NCBI GenBank assembly: GCA_046303115.1
Contig: JBKCGZ010000190.1
Span: 1 to 62,761 of the forward strand
Direction: 5' to 3'
Source: Bacteroidota bacterium
GTDB taxonomy: Bacteria > Bacteroidota > Bacteroidia > AKYH767-A > OLB10
Length of the DNA: 62,761 nucleotides
Shown: positions 61,731 to 62,761 of the stretch, one piece after another
Position numbering within the stretch: the first letter of the stretch is position 1
Layout: every line of letters begins with the position of its first letter
Position numbers and translations under genes: made by a program
Notes under the pieces: generated by a model
Told to the model about the DNA's origin: nothing
What the model saw: only the letters and a program-made list of their open reading frames with translations
Database searches by the model: none

Positions 61731-62540
61731 ATGAAGAAAGGAATAGCCTTCCTTGTAATGGTTTTGGTGATGTCATCATGCAGTAAGTTTCAGAAGCTTA
61801 CCAAGAATCCAGATATGGATGCCAAGTATAATGGAGCAGTGAAATACTACGAGAAGAAGGATTATTACCATGCTTTACAACTTTTTGAAGAGCTTATTTC
61901 CGTTTACCGGGGCACTTCAAAAGCAGAAGATTCCTACTACTACTACGCTTATTGTACTTTCTATGTAGATGATTATCAGACGGCAGCTTATTATTTTAAC
62001 AATTTTGTTCAGACATTCCCTAATAGCAAGCACGCGGAAGAAGCCCAGTACATGTATGCATACTGCTATTATTTAGATAGTCCTATTTCTAGTCTCGATC
62101 AGACATCAACTTTAGAGGCCATTGAAAAATTCCAGCTATTCATTAACCGATATCCTTCGGGAACAAAGGTAGGAGAGGCGAATATCCGCATCGACGAATT
62201 GCGTAAAAAACTGGAAGACAAATCATTTGATATAGCAAAGCTTTATTTCGATATGGAAGAGTACAAAGCTTCTGTTGTGGCTTTCGAAAATTTAATGACT
62301 AATTATCCGGGGACAGAATACAAGGAAGTGGCTCTTTTTACGATGTTAAAAGCCCAATTTACTTATGCAGGTAAGAGCATCGAATCAAAAAAAGAGGAGC
62401 GATTTAAAAATACTTTAGATATCTATTACAAATTAGTAGATAATTTCCCACAAAGTAGGTATCTTCGCGACGCAGAAAAAATATTCGAAGCCACTAAGGC
62501 TGAATTGAAAAAGTTGGATGCACCAGTAAAAAATTCATAA
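61731..62540 (+). CDS. bamD: Outer membrane protein assembly factor BamD
   Basis: Lipobox MSSC, TPR repeats, LDQTST, upstream of rpoZ; -7 box TAAATTTG 61706-61713. Confidence 0.93.
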   Translation: MKKGIAFLVMVLVMSSCSKFQKLTKNPDMDAKYNGAVKYYEKKDYYHALQLFEELISVYRGTSKAEDSYYYYAYCTFYVDDYQTAAYYFNNFVQTFPNSKHAEEAQYMYAYCYYLDSPISSLDQTSTLEAIEKFQLFINRYPSGTKVGEANIRIDELRKKLEDKSFDIAKLYFDMEEYKASVVAFENLMTNYPGTEYKEVALFTMLKAQFTYAGKSIESKKEERFKNTLDIYYKLVDNFPQSRYLRDAEKIFEATKAELKKLDAPVKNS

Positions 62541-62561
62541 AAACGAAAATTATTCATAAAC

Positions 62562-62761
62562 ATGGCAAACTATAAATCTTCTACCAACACAACTGTTACT
62601 CGCGACCTGTTGAACTTTGAAGAAAAGACAGGAAACATCTACGAATCAATTGTAGTTTTATCTCGTCGTTCAAACCACATCGCAGCAGAAATGAAAGAAG
62701 AATTAACAGATAAATTATCTGAATTCGCTTCTGCAACAGACAACTTAGAAGAGATTTTCGA
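62562..62761 (+). CDS. rpoZ: RNA polymerase omega subunit, partial (runs off window end)
   Basis: Manual translation MANYKSSTNTTVTRDLLNFEEKTGNIYESIVVLSRRSNHIAAEMKEELTDKLSEFASATDNLEEIF; bamD-rpoZ synteny. Confidence 0.9.
   Translation, partial: MANYKSSTNTTVTRDLLNFEEKTGNIYESIVVLSRRSNHIAAEMKEELTDKLSEFASATDNLEEIF

Overview
AT-rich chromosomal segment from a Bacteroidota bacterium (recurrent TAnnTTTG -7 promoter boxes, T9SS-sorted protease, SulA/CapB-type sulfonolipid enzyme, fused ccoNO). It is mostly housekeeping: panB, dapA, ligA, kup, icd, dnaX, paaZ, a small surface-glycan cluster, zapB-zapA-6S RNA-rny, hbd, ndk, nrnA, FKBP PPIases, bamD and partial rpoZ. The centre (34.8-48.4 kb) is a microaerobic-respiration block: a complete cbb3 oxidase cluster (including a ccoQ missing from the ORF track), a FixL-like PAS kinase and a receiver-Crp/Fnr fusion regulator. 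Reading the intergenic DNA shows five promoters with the same architecture: a TGA-N6-TCA box (or one-mismatch variant) exactly 23 bp upstream of a -7 element, with a second box 22-23 bp further up in at least four of them. One of these promoters drives an unannotated ~90-nt structured, terminator-ended RNA (about 34865-34955), a candidate low-oxygen sRNA. dnaX has an A10 run with immediate stops in both shifted frames, the signature of tau/gamma production by slippage. No tRNA, rRNA, CRISPR array or transposase was seen. All product calls come from motif recognition and recall, not from database searches.
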